Below are positions 8,956-18,707 of a DNA stretch of 64,000 nucleotides, piece after piece. This DNA comes from an uncultured Verrucomicrobiae bacterium (GTDB taxonomy: Bacteria; Verrucomicrobiota; Verrucomicrobiia; Chthoniobacterales; Chthoniobacteraceae). A program made the translations under genes and the position numbers. Under the pieces are notes generated by a model. The model saw only the letters and a list, made by a program, of their open reading frames with translations. It made no database searches and was not told the origin of the DNA. Numbering within the stretch: position 1 is the first letter of the stretch; each line of letters opens with the position of its first letter. The stretch lies in contig CAVYKI010000009.1 of assembly GCA_963769025.1 (NCBI GenBank), positions 192,001 to 256,000 on the forward strand. The letters are read 5' to 3'.

Positions 8956-10485
8956 CTACAGGTCTCCGCGGGAGTCTTCCAGATAGCTGGCGATATCCCA
9001 ACCGGCGATTCCGGCGTTGTTCCCGAGGGCTTCGTCGTAGTGGAAGCCTCCGTTGCCGCCTCCGTTGATGCGGAAATTCTTCACCACAAAGGATCCTGTA
9101 GTGTCCACGGTTCCGCTGAGCGTGGCCGTGTAGGCGGGGCCGTTGAAGTTCAGAATCTGGACGGCATTGCCCGATGCCGAGTAGGTCGCCGTGCTGGAGG
9201 TGGACACGCCGAAGATCGAGAGACGGGAGGCTACTTTGCTGCTGGTGGCGCCCGAGTTGATGTTGCCGTTGCCGAAGTCGATGTTCCCGTTCACCCAGAT
9301 GTTTGCATAGACGTTCGGCGGAATGGTGATCCCCGCGTTGCCGCCGTTGCCGGTGGCGAGGTTGCCGCTGACGATGATATCGATGTAGCCCGTCGTCGTA
9401 GCGAGCGGAGCGGTCACGGCGAAGGTGCCCAGGTTTCCCGTGATGGCGTAGCGCGTCGGGTTCGCCTTGGTCCCGGTGAGAAATGCCGCAGGACCACTCC
9501 CCGTGTAGGTCGTGGAAGTCCACGTCGGCGCCACGGGCACCGGGATTTCTTCGTCGAAGTCGCTCTTGATCCGGCTTTGGTCGATGCCGCTGTTTCCGGA
9601 GACGTTTTCGTGGGCGGCTGTCGCCGGATCGTCGCCGCCGTTCGTCGTCACCTCGCCTTTGACGACTGCGCCGTTGGCGGCGATCAAGGGCCCGTACGGT
9701 GACGAGGCGGGATTCTCCTTGGCGGTGGCGACATTGCCGTTCGATTGAATCTTGCTGCTGCCCGATCCGGGGTAAATGCCGCCCGCAGTGGTTCCCGGGC
9801 TCGACTTTAACAGGTCCTGCGAGTCGAAGCTGTCCACTTCCCAGTTGGAACTGTTGCCGAGGACGATGTCATTGACCGAGGTGATGGCGCGGCTGGAACG
9901 ATAGCGGGGGCGGACGACGATTTCGACCGTCCGGGTGACGTGCGGGTCCGGGAGCCCGGCGGAGGTTTTCGCGCCGAGCTTCATGCGGCGCAATTCCGTA
10001 TCGCGCGGGTCCTCGGAGACAAACCTGCCGGGAAGGTCGGCCCTTGCCGTGGAGCGGATGCGGTACCACGGATTGGCGGTGGGCGTGAGTCCCGTTCCTT
10101 CGCGGGTGAGGACATCCACGGCGATTTTCGTGACGCGAACATTATTCGGGCCGCCGATGACGGGCAGGTTCGCGGCGGCGAGCGTACGTTCGCCATTGGT
10201 CGCGAAATTCACGGGATCGGTGAGCGTCCACCCACTCGCCGTCCAAGGATAGGCATCCGGAACCGACGTGCTGGCAGTCCAGCTGTTGAGCGTGTTGATG
10301 ACCGTGTCCGCCCCGGCTTCCGCGCCATGCAGCGCTTCCTGCCATGCGACGGCCTGGTGGGTGCCGCGCAGTTTCGGGACGATGCCTTGGAAGTACGCCG
10401 CGACGGAGGCGGCGAGGCAGGCGGTGATCAGCAGGACGACAATCAGCGTGCTGCCCTGGTTTTTTGGGAATGTGCGCATTTTCAT
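8956..10485 (-). CDS. Long PilX/GspK-like minor pilin with Gly/Asn/Thr-rich C-terminal domain
   Basis: QG|STLIVVLLI (no Glu5), ALHGAEAG, YRIRSTA, C-terminal FHYDEAL. Confidence 0.8.
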   Translation of the reverse strand: MKMRTFPKNQGSTLIVVLLITACLAASVAAYFQGIVPKLRGTHQAVAWQEALHGAEAGADTVINTLNSWTASTSVPDAYPWTASGWTLTDPVNFATNGERTLAAANLPVIGGPNNVRVTKIAVDVLTREGTGLTPTANPWYRIRSTARADLPGRFVSEDPRDTELRRMKLGAKTSAGLPDPHVTRTVEIVVRPRYRSSRAITSVNDIVLGNSSNWEVDSFDSQDLLKSSPGTTAGGIYPGSGSSKIQSNGNVATAKENPASSPYGPLIAANGAVVKGEVTTNGGDDPATAAHENVSGNSGIDQSRIKSDFDEEIPVPVAPTWTSTTYTGSGPAAFLTGTKANPTRYAITGNLGTFAVTAPLATTTGYIDIIVSGNLATGNGGNAGITIPPNVYANIWVNGNIDFGNGNINSGATSSKVASRLSIFGVSTSSTATYSASGNAVQILNFNGPAYTATLSGTVDTTGSFVVKNFRINGGGNGGFHYDEALGNNAGIAGWDIASYLEDSRGDL

Positions 10486-10486
10486 G

Positions 10487-11302
10487 TCAGTCGCGGCGGG
10501 GGTTGCGGATTTTCACCTCCACCACGGCGGTGGTCGGTGCGGTGGTGGCTCCGGTGAGGCGGAACCGGGGGGTGAATGAGGACTCCAGGCGGATGGTCTT
10601 GCCGCCATTGAGGCCGCTGACCGCCACGGTGCATGTGGACGTGCTGTCGGTGATGCGCTCGGCGATCTCCCGTGTGGAACTCGGGCTCGTGGCGCCCGAC
10701 GGGTATTCGCTGCGGAGGAAGCACTGGGTCGCATCGGTCGTGGACCGCTGCCCGGTGTAATAGCGGATCTGAAGTTCCCCGGTGCCCGCGCTCACGGGCG
10801 CAAACCGCGTGACGGCCTTGCCGCTGACGGTGGTCTGGGCTTCAGACCACGGGACGATGCCGTTGAGCAGCGGATTGGCGTTGAGGTTGAAAAGCGAGGA
10901 CGTATTGAGCGTGGCCCGCGAGTAGCGCGAGGACTTGTAGGTCGAACCGCCGCTGTTGTTCGGAGTGTTTGATCCGTAGGAATCCGGGACGTGGATGACC
11001 AGGATCGTGGAGCCGCTCACGGTGTAGGCCGTGGCACCGGTGTCCTTGATCGGGGTCGCGGTGCCGCCGGTGAGAACGCTCACGCGCAACGCGCGGCGGA
11101 GATCGACGGTGATCGCGTCAATCATGCGATTCGTGTTGGCCACGCCGACCATGTACTGATCGGTGGCGGTGATGTTTTTGCCGATGCTCATGGACGAGTA
11201 AACGAGCACGCCCATCGCGGTCAGCGCGATGGGAAGGGCGGCCATCAGGTCCACGAGGAGGGCACCGCTCTCCTTCCGGGACTTCAATTTCATGAGTTTC
11301 AT
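10487..11302 (-). CDS. PilW/GspJ-like minor pilin
   Basis: SG|ALLVDLM plus hydrophobic helix, ITVDLRRA, C-terminal VKIRN. Confidence 0.75.
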   Translation of the reverse strand: MKLMKLKSRKESGALLVDLMAALPIALTAMGVLVYSSMSIGKNITATDQYMVGVANTNRMIDAITVDLRRALRVSVLTGGTATPIKDTGATAYTVSGSTILVIHVPDSYGSNTPNNSGGSTYKSSRYSRATLNTSSLFNLNANPLLNGIVPWSEAQTTVSGKAVTRFAPVSAGTGELQIRYYTGQRSTTDATQCFLRSEYPSGATSPSSTREIAERITDSTSTCTVAVSGLNGGKTIRLESSFTPRFRLTGATTAPTTAVVEVKIRNPRRD

Positions 11303-11305
11303 GTG

Positions 11306-11794
11306 CTACAGGCCTCCTTTTGCGATGATGGTGGAAAGCTGCTTGGTGCTCTGCGCCGTGGCGCTGGTCGGCCATGTCGCGGTGACGGTCACTTTCACAA
11401 GGGTGACGATCGGCAGCGTCACGCCGTTGTTGGTGATGCTCCCCGACGCGGAACGGGTGACCACCAGTGCGCTCCCAGTCGGGTAAGGCTGCACCGTGAA
11501 GACTTCCACGGCCCCCGGGAAATTTGCGGCGACCGCACTCGCGGAGCTCATGAGCGATGCGATCCCCGCCGAGGTGGTGATATTGGTCCACGCAGTCGCC
11601 TGCCGGAAAGTCTCGATGCGCTGCTGGACCATCTGACTGGCGGATGAGACCGCCTTGCCTGATCGCGCAATCTTCGTTGCCTGATTGACCGAGGTCGTGA
11701 GGCCGGCGAGGGAAGCGACCGTGACACCCACGGCGACGACGGTCTCCACGAGTGAGATGCCCGCCTGACGGCGGCGGCTGAAGAGCGGTTTCAT
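11306..11794 (-). CDS. PilV/GspI-like minor pilin
   Basis: RRQAG|ISLVETVVAV prepilin motif, QQRIETFR, VTVTATW. Confidence 0.82.
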   Translation of the reverse strand: MKPLFSRRRQAGISLVETVVAVGVTVASLAGLTTSVNQATKIARSGKAVSSASQMVQQRIETFRQATAWTNITTSAGIASLMSSASAVAANFPGAVEVFTVQPYPTGSALVVTRSASGSITNNGVTLPIVTLVKVTVTATWPTSATAQSTKQLSTIIAKGGL

Positions 11795-11877
11795 AGGACG
11801 GTAATTGAGGTATGCGGTGATCTCAGGGGCCGGTCGGTCCCATGGGGTGCGTTGTTGGGACGGTAAACATAATCATT

Positions 11878-11892
11878 TTATAGCAGCTATAA
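11878..11892. promoter_or_regulatory. Perfect 15-bp palindrome, putative operator upstream of the minor-pilin operon
   Basis: TTATAGC-A-GCTATAA in an AT-rich patch; overlaps TATAAT (+) and TATAAAAT (-); core ATAGCAGCTA recurs at 12321-12330. Confidence 0.5.
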
Positions 11893-12499
11893 TGCCAGTG
11901 GGCTGCGCGAGCGCCTGCCCTCTCGGCCCCGTTTTGACGGAGGCCGTTTGCCGGGCTGTGGATTGCGCCCGTCGCAAGGGAAAGCCAAAGCCTGCGGACG
12001 CTGCGAGGGACGCCGGAAAGAATGGCAGCAGCGATGCTTGGCGTGACGCAGCAGCGAGCCGCTTCCCCGAGGACGGGATGGGTCAAATCTCAACGACCGT
12101 TACTGGGTCAGTTTTGCACGAGCGTTGATACCGCCGACCCCGAAATGGGGCGAACTGGATGCTCTCTATTACGTTATCCCGCCGCATTTCCGCGCAGCCC
12201 CGGTGTTTGTCCTTCTGTCTTGCCACCTCGGGCAGGAGGAAAAGCGCGTTGCCAAAGCGGTGCTGTGCGGGACGGTTCTCGCCAGGACATTCAGGTAGCA
12301 CTGTCCCCTGTGCCGGAGTGATAGCAGCTAAGGGTGTTGCCGGAGGGCGGATTCGCTCCGTCCGCTTGTTGGGGGGAAATTGCAGTTCGCAGACAGTGGC
12401 GGACAAGTACGGAAAACAGCGGATGAGTTTGACTTCCGTTTCGAACTCCAGCCGTTTTCTAGGTTCTTTTATTCGTAAGTCCCTCTGGCGGAGGAGGGG

Positions 12500-12570
12500 A
12501 GCGGGTAGAGGGAATCGAACCCTCGTATGCAGCTTGGGAAGCTGCCGTTCTACCATTGAACTACACCCGC
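12500..12570 (-). tRNA. tRNA-Gly (anticodon CCC); CCA not encoded
   Basis: Reverse complement GCGGGTGTAGTTCAATGGTAGAACGGCAGCTTCCCAAGCTGCATACGAGGGTTCGATTCCCTCTACCCGCT folds as a cloverleaf. Confidence 0.97.
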
Positions 12571-12589
12571 ATTTTGCGCCTGATTCGCA

Positions 12590-13294
12590 CTATTGCCAGG
12601 AAACGATGTCGTCCGGTGCTTCGCCGGAGCTGGGTTTGCGGAACTGGCCTTCGTAGCCTTTTCCGCCACGCTTGTTGTCCTTACCCATGGAAAAAGATGC
12701 GGCTGCGACGCGAATGACAGACTGGCTCCCAGCGAGGTCCGAGTAAAACTTGCTCATGTCGATCGTCCCGGCGTCGGCGGCGTCGAGGATGATGCAGTAT
12801 TGCGCGCCCCACGGGTCCATCAGCTGGCCTTGGTTCTTGGTAAACTCATTGCCGTCCACGAAGCCATCGCGCGGATTGCTGGGGTCTTTCGCCTTGCCCA
12901 TTTCGAAATATTTTTGCTGACGCTTGTTCATCGCGTACAGGTTGTTCACGCCGCGGTTGATGGAGCGGAGGATGTCGAAAAGGTTGTCGTTCGTGACCGC
13001 GCAGCCTCCTGCGCTGGTGTCCCCGTAGGCGTAGTAACCGCTGGCATTCACGTTTCCGACAAGCGCGGACTGCACGGGCGGGAACTTGCCGTAGTCGTTG
13101 TAGTAGCTCTTGGAGGCGTTGACGATATTGCGGACGGCGGTGCTTGCAGCGGCGCGGCGCGCTTGTTCCTTGGCTCCTGAAAGCGCGGGAAAAAGGAGGC
13201 CCATGAGGATCGCGATGATGGCGATCACCGTCAGCAGTTCGATGAGGGTGAATGCAGCAAGCGGCGACTGGCGGTGGGAGGTGCGGGCGCTCAT
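12590..13294 (-). CDS. Prepilin/pseudopilin with N-terminal cleavage-methylation motif (GspG-like, PVC type)
   Basis: A|FTLIELLTVIAIIAILMGLLFPA, YYNDYGKFP, DPWG..Y, DDIVSW. Confidence 0.9.
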   Translation of the reverse strand: MSARTSHRQSPLAAFTLIELLTVIAIIAILMGLLFPALSGAKEQARRAAASTAVRNIVNASKSYYNDYGKFPPVQSALVGNVNASGYYAYGDTSAGGCAVTNDNLFDILRSINRGVNNLYAMNKRQQKYFEMGKAKDPSNPRDGFVDGNEFTKNQGQLMDPWGAQYCIILDAADAGTIDMSKFYSDLAGSQSVIRVAAASFSMGKDNKRGGKGYEGQFRKPSSGEAPDDIVSWQ

Positions 13295-13449
13295 GGTGGG
13301 TTCGGACGGAGCAAGCTACCGGGGTGGCCGGTCGTGACAACTAAAATTCCGGCGGTCAACGGAATGTCATCTGCCGGAAGAATCCGCTTGCGCACGCGGG
13401 ACGGCGCGATAGCTTCGCGGCCCTTTTTCCAAATACCCGACCCTTTCCC

Positions 13450-13605
13450 ATGTCTCAACATCGCAGTCTCAAAGGTGCCGCCACGATCGCGGCAAAGCGT
13501 AATGTCCTCAAGCGTTTCGAACGCGTGGAAGTGCTCAAGAAGCGCGGCCAGTGGAAGGCGGGCGACAAGGTGATCGCCCTCCGGAAGACGAAGCCGGACG
13601 CGTAG
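13450..13605 (+). CDS. PVC-superphylum signature small basic protein (51 aa; absent from the ORF track)
   Basis: Hand translation MSQHRSLKGAATIAAKRNVLKRFERVEVLKKRGQWKAGDKVIALRKTKPDA. Confidence 0.88.
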   Translation: MSQHRSLKGAATIAAKRNVLKRFERVEVLKKRGQWKAGDKVIALRKTKPDA

Positions 13606-13635
13606 GCGAAACCGCACGGAGAATCGAGGCCGGGC

Positions 13636-14685
13636 TCAGCCTGCCCGGCATGCCCAGCGGAGCTTTGCAGCGCTGGAACGCGGATTGGAATGCTGCTCGG
13701 CTGGCGTCGGGCGGATGACTCCGTCGCTCACGGCGGCGTAGGTCCCTTCGCGGAGCCCGCCGTCGAAGGCTTTCTTCACGCGGCGATCCTCGCCCGAGTG
13801 AAAGGTCAGGATCGCGGCGCGACCGCCGGGTTTCAGGCAATCCGGCAGATGGCGCAGGAGCGTGTCGAGCGCGGAAAATTCGTCATTCACCGCGATGCGG
13901 AGCGCCTGGAACACGCGGCGGACCGAAGGCGTCACATCGGCGGGAATGACTCCCGAAAGTGCGGCGCGGATCGCGTGCGCAAGGCGGAGGGTGCGGGTGA
14001 TGTTCTTTCCGGCGAGGGCCGAGGCAAGCGCGGCAGCATGGGGCTCGTCGGCGTTTTCGGTGAGCAGCGTGGCGAGCGCTGCGGGGTTGATCTTTTCCAG
14101 CATCGCGGATGCGGGTTGTCCACGATGGGGATTCATCCGCATGTCGAGCGGGCCGTCGAGTTTCACGGAAAAGCCGCGCTCCGGATCGTCGATCTGCATC
14201 GACGAAACGCCCAGGTCCGCGAACACGATATCCGCGCCTGCGATGCCGTGGTCGGCCAGCGCCTGCGCGAGGCCGGCGAAGTTGCTTCGTTTCGCGATGA
14301 ATGATCCCGGGCCAAAACCCAGCTCGCGCAGCCGGGCCTCGGTCTTCGGAAGTTCAACGGGATCGGCGTCGAGCCCGAGCAGCAATCCTCCCGGCTGGAT
14401 GCGCGCGAGGAACTCCTGCGCGTGTCCGCCGTGCCCGAGCGTGCAATCCACCACGACATCGCCGTTTCGTGGCGCAAGCACATCGAGGATTTCCGCGACC
14501 ATGATCGGACGATGGGTGCCGGCGGGAGTTTTCCCGGAAGCGATCACTTTCGCGATGGTGTCCGCGTAGCGCTGCGGGTCGCGCTCTTTGTATTTGTCTT
14601 CGAAACGGCGCGGATTTTTCCCGGAGTAGCGTTTGCGGCGCTTGTGCGGAGTCGCCGGCGATTCGGGCGGGTCGTGTTCGGGCAT
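13636..14685 (-). CDS. rsmH: 16S rRNA (cytosine1402-N4)-methyltransferase, N-terminally extended form
   Basis: DCTLGHGGHA, DLGVSSMQID, PLDMRM, FQALRIAVN, TFHSGEDRRVK, NPRS. Confidence 0.93.
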   Translation of the reverse strand: MPEHDPPESPATPHKRRKRYSGKNPRRFEDKYKERDPQRYADTIAKVIASGKTPAGTHRPIMVAEILDVLAPRNGDVVVDCTLGHGGHAQEFLARIQPGGLLLGLDADPVELPKTEARLRELGFGPGSFIAKRSNFAGLAQALADHGIAGADIVFADLGVSSMQIDDPERGFSVKLDGPLDMRMNPHRGQPASAMLEKINPAALATLLTENADEPHAAALASALAGKNITRTLRLAHAIRAALSGVIPADVTPSVRRVFQALRIAVNDEFSALDTLLRHLPDCLKPGGRAAILTFHSGEDRRVKKAFDGGLREGTYAAVSDGVIRPTPAEQHSNPRSSAAKLRWACRAG

Positions 14686-14867
14686 CGCGGTGAAGTGGAA
14701 GGGTGACCGAACGTAGGGCGGGAGACTGGTGAATCAATTCCGAGTGTCACGGCGGATTGTGTCCCTCCGGATGGGAACCGGATGAACACGCAAGTCCGAG
14801 GCGCATCTACGACGCAGCGTCGCGGCTCACGGATGCGGTCCCGCGACGCAGGGCTGACGGAACCTGC

Positions 14868-15383
14868 TCAGGAAACCTGCATCTGAGTCGCCAGCCACAG
14901 CACCGCGACCGCGGCGAGCGTCGCGACGATTCCGAGCGCGAGGACTGCGATGCCGGCGGTGTCCTTCTTCGCGACGCTCTTCTGAAAGGGCGACGCGTTC
15001 ATGAAGTTCGACGGCTTGATGCTCTTCGACGCCGCGGCGATCGCGCGGTCTTCATTCGATGGCAGTTCCTGCGCGCCAGCCTCCGCATGTTCAGGGTCGA
15101 AAATCGAGTCCACCTTTCCAAAGCGGATTTTGTCGCCGGGTTTCAATGTGTATTCGGTGTCCGGCTGGAGTTCACTGCCGTTGACCTTGGTGCCGTTTGT
15201 CGATCCCAGATCCTTGAGGAGAAAGATCCCTGCGGACGGTGCGATTTGCGCGTGGTGGCTCGAGACGCTCACGTCATCGATCGGGAAGACATTGTCCGGC
15301 GCGCGCCCGATCGTGAGGGTTTCTTCGGTCAGTTCGTGGTCAGTTTGCGAACCGTCGGGGCGAACGATCTGGAGCTTCGGCAT
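14868..15383 (-). CDS. FHA-domain membrane protein
   Basis: [22 protein letters not shown]-terminal TM helix. Confidence 0.9.
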   Translation of the reverse strand: MPKLQIVRPDGSQTDHELTEETLTIGRAPDNVFPIDDVSVSSHHAQIAPSAGIFLLKDLGSTNGTKVNGSELQPDTEYTLKPGDKIRFGKVDSIFDPEHAEAGAQELPSNEDRAIAAASKSIKPSNFMNASPFQKSVAKKDTAGIAVLALGIVATLAAVAVLWLATQMQVS

Positions 15384-15434
15384 GGGAGGGAGATACTGCG
15401 GGGGTGACTTTCAGGAAAGGAGAAATCCGCGGCG

Positions 15435-16607
15435 CTATTTCACGCGGTCGATCAGCTCGGCGAACTGGCGGAAGAAATACGTCGCGTCGTTCGGGCCGGG
15501 CGCGGCCTCGGGGTGGTACTGCACGCTGAAAACCGGCAGCGACTTGTGCGCGCAGTCCCTCGACGGTCTGGTCGTTGAGGTTGATGTGCGTGACCTCGAC
15601 ATCCTGCGGCAGCGACTCGGCATCCACCGCGAAGCCGTGATTCTGCGAGGTGATCGTGACCTTGCCCGTGCGCGAGATCCTTCACCGGCTGGTTGCCGCC
15701 GCGGTGGCCAAACTTCAGCTTGAACGTCTTTCCGCCGACCGCGTAGCCGAGCATCTGGTGCCCGAGGCAGATGCCGAAGATCGGCGTGCGGCCCATGAGC
15801 TTGCGGATGTTTTCGTGGACGTAGGTGAGCGCCGCGGGATCGCCGGGGCCGTTGGAAAGGAAGACGCCGTCGGGCTTCAGCGCGAGCACGTCCTCGGCGG
15901 ACGAAATTCGCGGGCACGACGCTGCACCTGGAAACCTTCCTGCCGCAGCCGGCGCAGGATGTTCGTCTTCATTCCGAAATCATACGCGACGATTTTGTGA
16001 CGCACCGGCGGGAGCTTCTTGAAGACCTCGTTGCCCTCGCGGATTTCCACGCCCGAGCCGTCGCCCTTCACGATCGTCCACTCCGGCGACAGCGTGTCCG
16101 TCCGGATCCCAATCGAATGCTGCCGCGGGCGTCACCTCTTTCACAAAATCCGAGCCCGCCATCGGCGGCGCGCCCTTGGCCCGCGCGATGGCCGCGTCCG
16201 ACATCGAGTCTCGCTCGTGAGGCACGCCTGCATCGCGCCGCGCGAGCGCAGGTGCTTGGTCAGCGCGCGGGTGTCGACGCCCTGGATGCCGGGGATTTTC
16301 CACTTCGCAGATAGTCGTGAGGTCGCCGGTCGAGCGCCAGTTGCTCGGGATGGCGGACAGTTCCTCGATCACAAAGCCGCGCACGTGCGGCTGCAGCGCT
16401 CTCGTCGTCGAGCGCATTGATGCCGTAGTTGCCGATCTGCGGCGCAGTCATCGCGACGATCTGTCCGCGATACGAGGGATCGGTGAGCACCTCCTGGTAT
16501 CCGGTCATCGAGGTGTTGAAACAGACCTCGCCGACCGCGGTCCCGGGAGCACCAAAGGATTCACCGATAAAGTGACGGCCATCTTCGAGAGCAAGGACAG
16601 AGCGCAT
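15435..16607 (-). CDS. carA: Carbamoyl-phosphate synthase small subunit (several indels)
   Basis: [56 protein letters not shown]. Confidence 0.93.
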
Positions 16608-16737
16608 GAGCGCGCGGAACATGCGCAGCCGTGCGGAAAGTGCGAAGAAAAAACTCGCGGAAAATTTGCAGCCCTCGCGCGGGTGCGTAGCGCGGGCAAT
16701 CCTGCCCGCCGGGGGAGGTCGCGTTCGTGGTCACCCT

Positions 16738-16977
16738 CTACCCCTTGTTCGCCACGATCCAGTCGAGCGCCTTCTGGTAGCTCTGCCGCTGGAGATAGTG
16801 CGCGAAGTCGCCCGGAACGGGGCGGGGGAGCGCGGCACCGAGCTGCGTGATCCTCTCCGACACCGCCTTCAGCTTTTCCAAATGCGCCGCCGGATCGCGC
16901 TCGTAAAAGGCGCGGTCGGCGATCACCGCGAGGCGTTCGCGCAGCGCGTCGGCGAGTTCGTCGTAGAGGTCGGGCAT
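16738..16977 (-). CDS. Small hypothetical helical protein
   Basis: 79-aa ORF with coding-like codon use, 6 bp downstream of the oxidoreductase. Confidence 0.65.
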   Translation of the reverse strand: MPDLYDELADALRERLAVIADRAFYERDPAAHLEKLKAVSERITQLGAALPRPVPGDFAHYLQRQSYQKALDWIVANKG

Positions 16978-16983
16978 GGTGTG

Positions 16984-18063
16984 TTATTCGATTTGGATCG
17001 CCGCGGCCTGCGCCTGCAACGACAGCTCGGCGGCGAGGAATGCGTGCTCCTGCGTCATCGCATTCTCGGTGCGGTTCAGGCAGTCGAGGATGAGCTGGCC
17101 GAAATACGGGAAGCCCACTTCGCCGTGGCAGCGGATGTGATGCTCGCCCTTGTTGTCCACGAGGAAAAGGTGATCGCCCTCCGCCTCCGTCGCGACGTTC
17201 AGATACTTCCGCACCTCGATGTAGCCCTCGGTGCCGAGGATGAACGTCCGCCCGTCGCCCCACGTGCGCAGGCCCTGCGGATTCAGCCAGTCCACGCGCA
17301 CGTAATTCGTCGCCCCGTTGTCCGCGATGAGGTTCGCCTGCCCCCAGTCCTCGAACTCCGCGTATTGCTTGTGGTGATAATTCGCCACCGCCGCATGCAC
17401 GATGCGCGCGCTCTTCGCCCCCGTGTAGGTGAGGAACTGCTCGAACTGATGGCTCCCGAGATCGATCAGGATGCCGCCGCATTTCTCGCGGCTCCAAAAC
17501 CACGGCGGGCGCGTGCCCGGATTGCTCCGGTGCGGCCCCATGCCCATCACCTGCACCACGCGGCCGATCGCCCCCTGCTCGATGAGCTGCCCCGCGCGGA
17601 TGCTCGCCTCCACGTGCAGCCGTTCCGAAAAATACACCGCATACTTTTTCCCCGTGCGTTTCACCGCCGCACGCGCCCCGTCGAGCTGCGCCAACGTCGT
17701 GAACGGTGCCTTGTCGGTAAAGTAATCCTTCCCCGCCTCCAGCACGCGGCATCCCAGCGGCCCGCGATCGCTCGGCACCGCCGCCGAAGCCACGAGCTGC
17801 ACGTCGCGTTGCGCGAGCACCTCGTCCATCGAGCGAAGCGCCTTCGCCGCCGGATATTTTTCCCGGAATTTCTCCACCTTCGCCGCATCCGGATCGAACA
17901 CATACCGGCACTCGCCGCCCGCCTCCGTGAGCCCCTGGCATTGCCCGTAGATGTGCCCGTGGTCGAGCGCCGCCGCCGCGAAGACAAACTCCCCCGGCTT
18001 CACCACCGGCGAAGGTTTCCCCACCGGCGCGTAATTCATTCCGTCTGATTTTTGGTGTGCCAT
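16984..18063 (-). CDS. Gfo/Idh/MocA family oxidoreductase
   Basis: LDHGHI, DYFTDKAP, GGILIDLGSHQ; start at MAHQKSDG. Confidence 0.88.
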   Translation of the reverse strand: MAHQKSDGMNYAPVGKPSPVVKPGEFVFAAAALDHGHIYGQCQGLTEAGGECRYVFDPDAAKVEKFREKYPAAKALRSMDEVLAQRDVQLVASAAVPSDRGPLGCRVLEAGKDYFTDKAPFTTLAQLDGARAAVKRTGKKYAVYFSERLHVEASIRAGQLIEQGAIGRVVQVMGMGPHRSNPGTRPPWFWSREKCGGILIDLGSHQFEQFLTYTGAKSARIVHAAVANYHHKQYAEFEDWGQANLIADNGATNYVRVDWLNPQGLRTWGDGRTFILGTEGYIEVRKYLNVATEAEGDHLFLVDNKGEHHIRCHGEVGFPYFGQLILDCLNRTENAMTQEHAFLAAELSLQAQAAAIQIE

Positions 18064-18353
18064 GTCGTGCCGCGGAAAATGAACGCCCCTCCCGCGAATT
18101 GCAACGCGGCGCTGCGGCAGTCCGGCATTCGTAAAAAGCTGGCCCGTCGCAAACCCGCCCGACCCATCCCGTCCCGGATGCCGCCCTCTCCACCTCATCC
18201 CGACGCATTTCGGCATCGTCAAATCGGGGAGCCGGATGGTCACGGGAAGGTGCGAAACCATCCCGCCCCGCTTCGACACGAATCCGTGGCGAAACTGGAT
18301 GGCTTTGATGACGAACCGAATCATCCAGTCGTGGAATGGGATGTTTCAGACAG

Positions 18354-18707
18354 GGAACTGGATCGTTCAGTCGCGGAACTGGATCGTTCAGTCGTGGAAC
18401 TGAATCGTTCAGTCGTGGAACTGGATCGTTCAGTCGCGGAACTGAATCGTTCAGTCGTGGAACTGGATCGTTCAGTCGCGGAACTGGATCGTTCAGTCGT
18501 GGAACTGAATCGTTCAGTCGCGGAACTGGATCGTTCAGTCGCGGAACTGGATCGTTCAGTCGCGGAACTGGAATCGTTCAGTCGCGGAACTGGATCGTTC
18601 AGTCGCGGAACTGGATCGTTCAGTCGCGGAACTGAATCGTTCAGTCGCGGAACTGGATCGTTCAGTCGCGGAACTGGATCGTTCGGTCGCGGAACTGGAT
18701 CGTTCGG
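18354..18707. repeat. 21-bp tandem repeat array, about 17 copies (GGAACTGRATCGTTCAGTCGY)
   Basis: Counted directly; one 22-bp unit at 18564-18585; degenerate 21-mers extend upstream to about 18290; no spacers. Confidence 0.95.

Noticed and set aside
11930..12060. c-di-GMP-I riboswitch upstream of the pilin cassette
   Set aside because: Fragments such as GGCAAAC and CAAAGC occur, but not in the required order on one strand with the GNRA loop and receptor; an Infernal search would settle it
5800..12500. Prophage or ICE at tRNA-Gly
   Set aside because: No integrase, phage or conjugation genes and no att duplication found; kept only as a possible island
12083..12556. 157-aa ORF on the minus strand
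   Set aside because: Begins inside the tRNA-Gly gene and has no recognisable motif; shadow ORF
15435..16607. carA, pyrB, folA and the RND genes as pseudogenes or programmed frameshifts
   Set aside because: Indels are numerous, lack consistent slippery sites and hit essential genes while all catalytic motifs remain; sequencing error is the simpler explanation
18354..18707. CRISPR array
   Set aside because: Units are head-to-tail 21-mers with no unique spacers, and no cas genes are present
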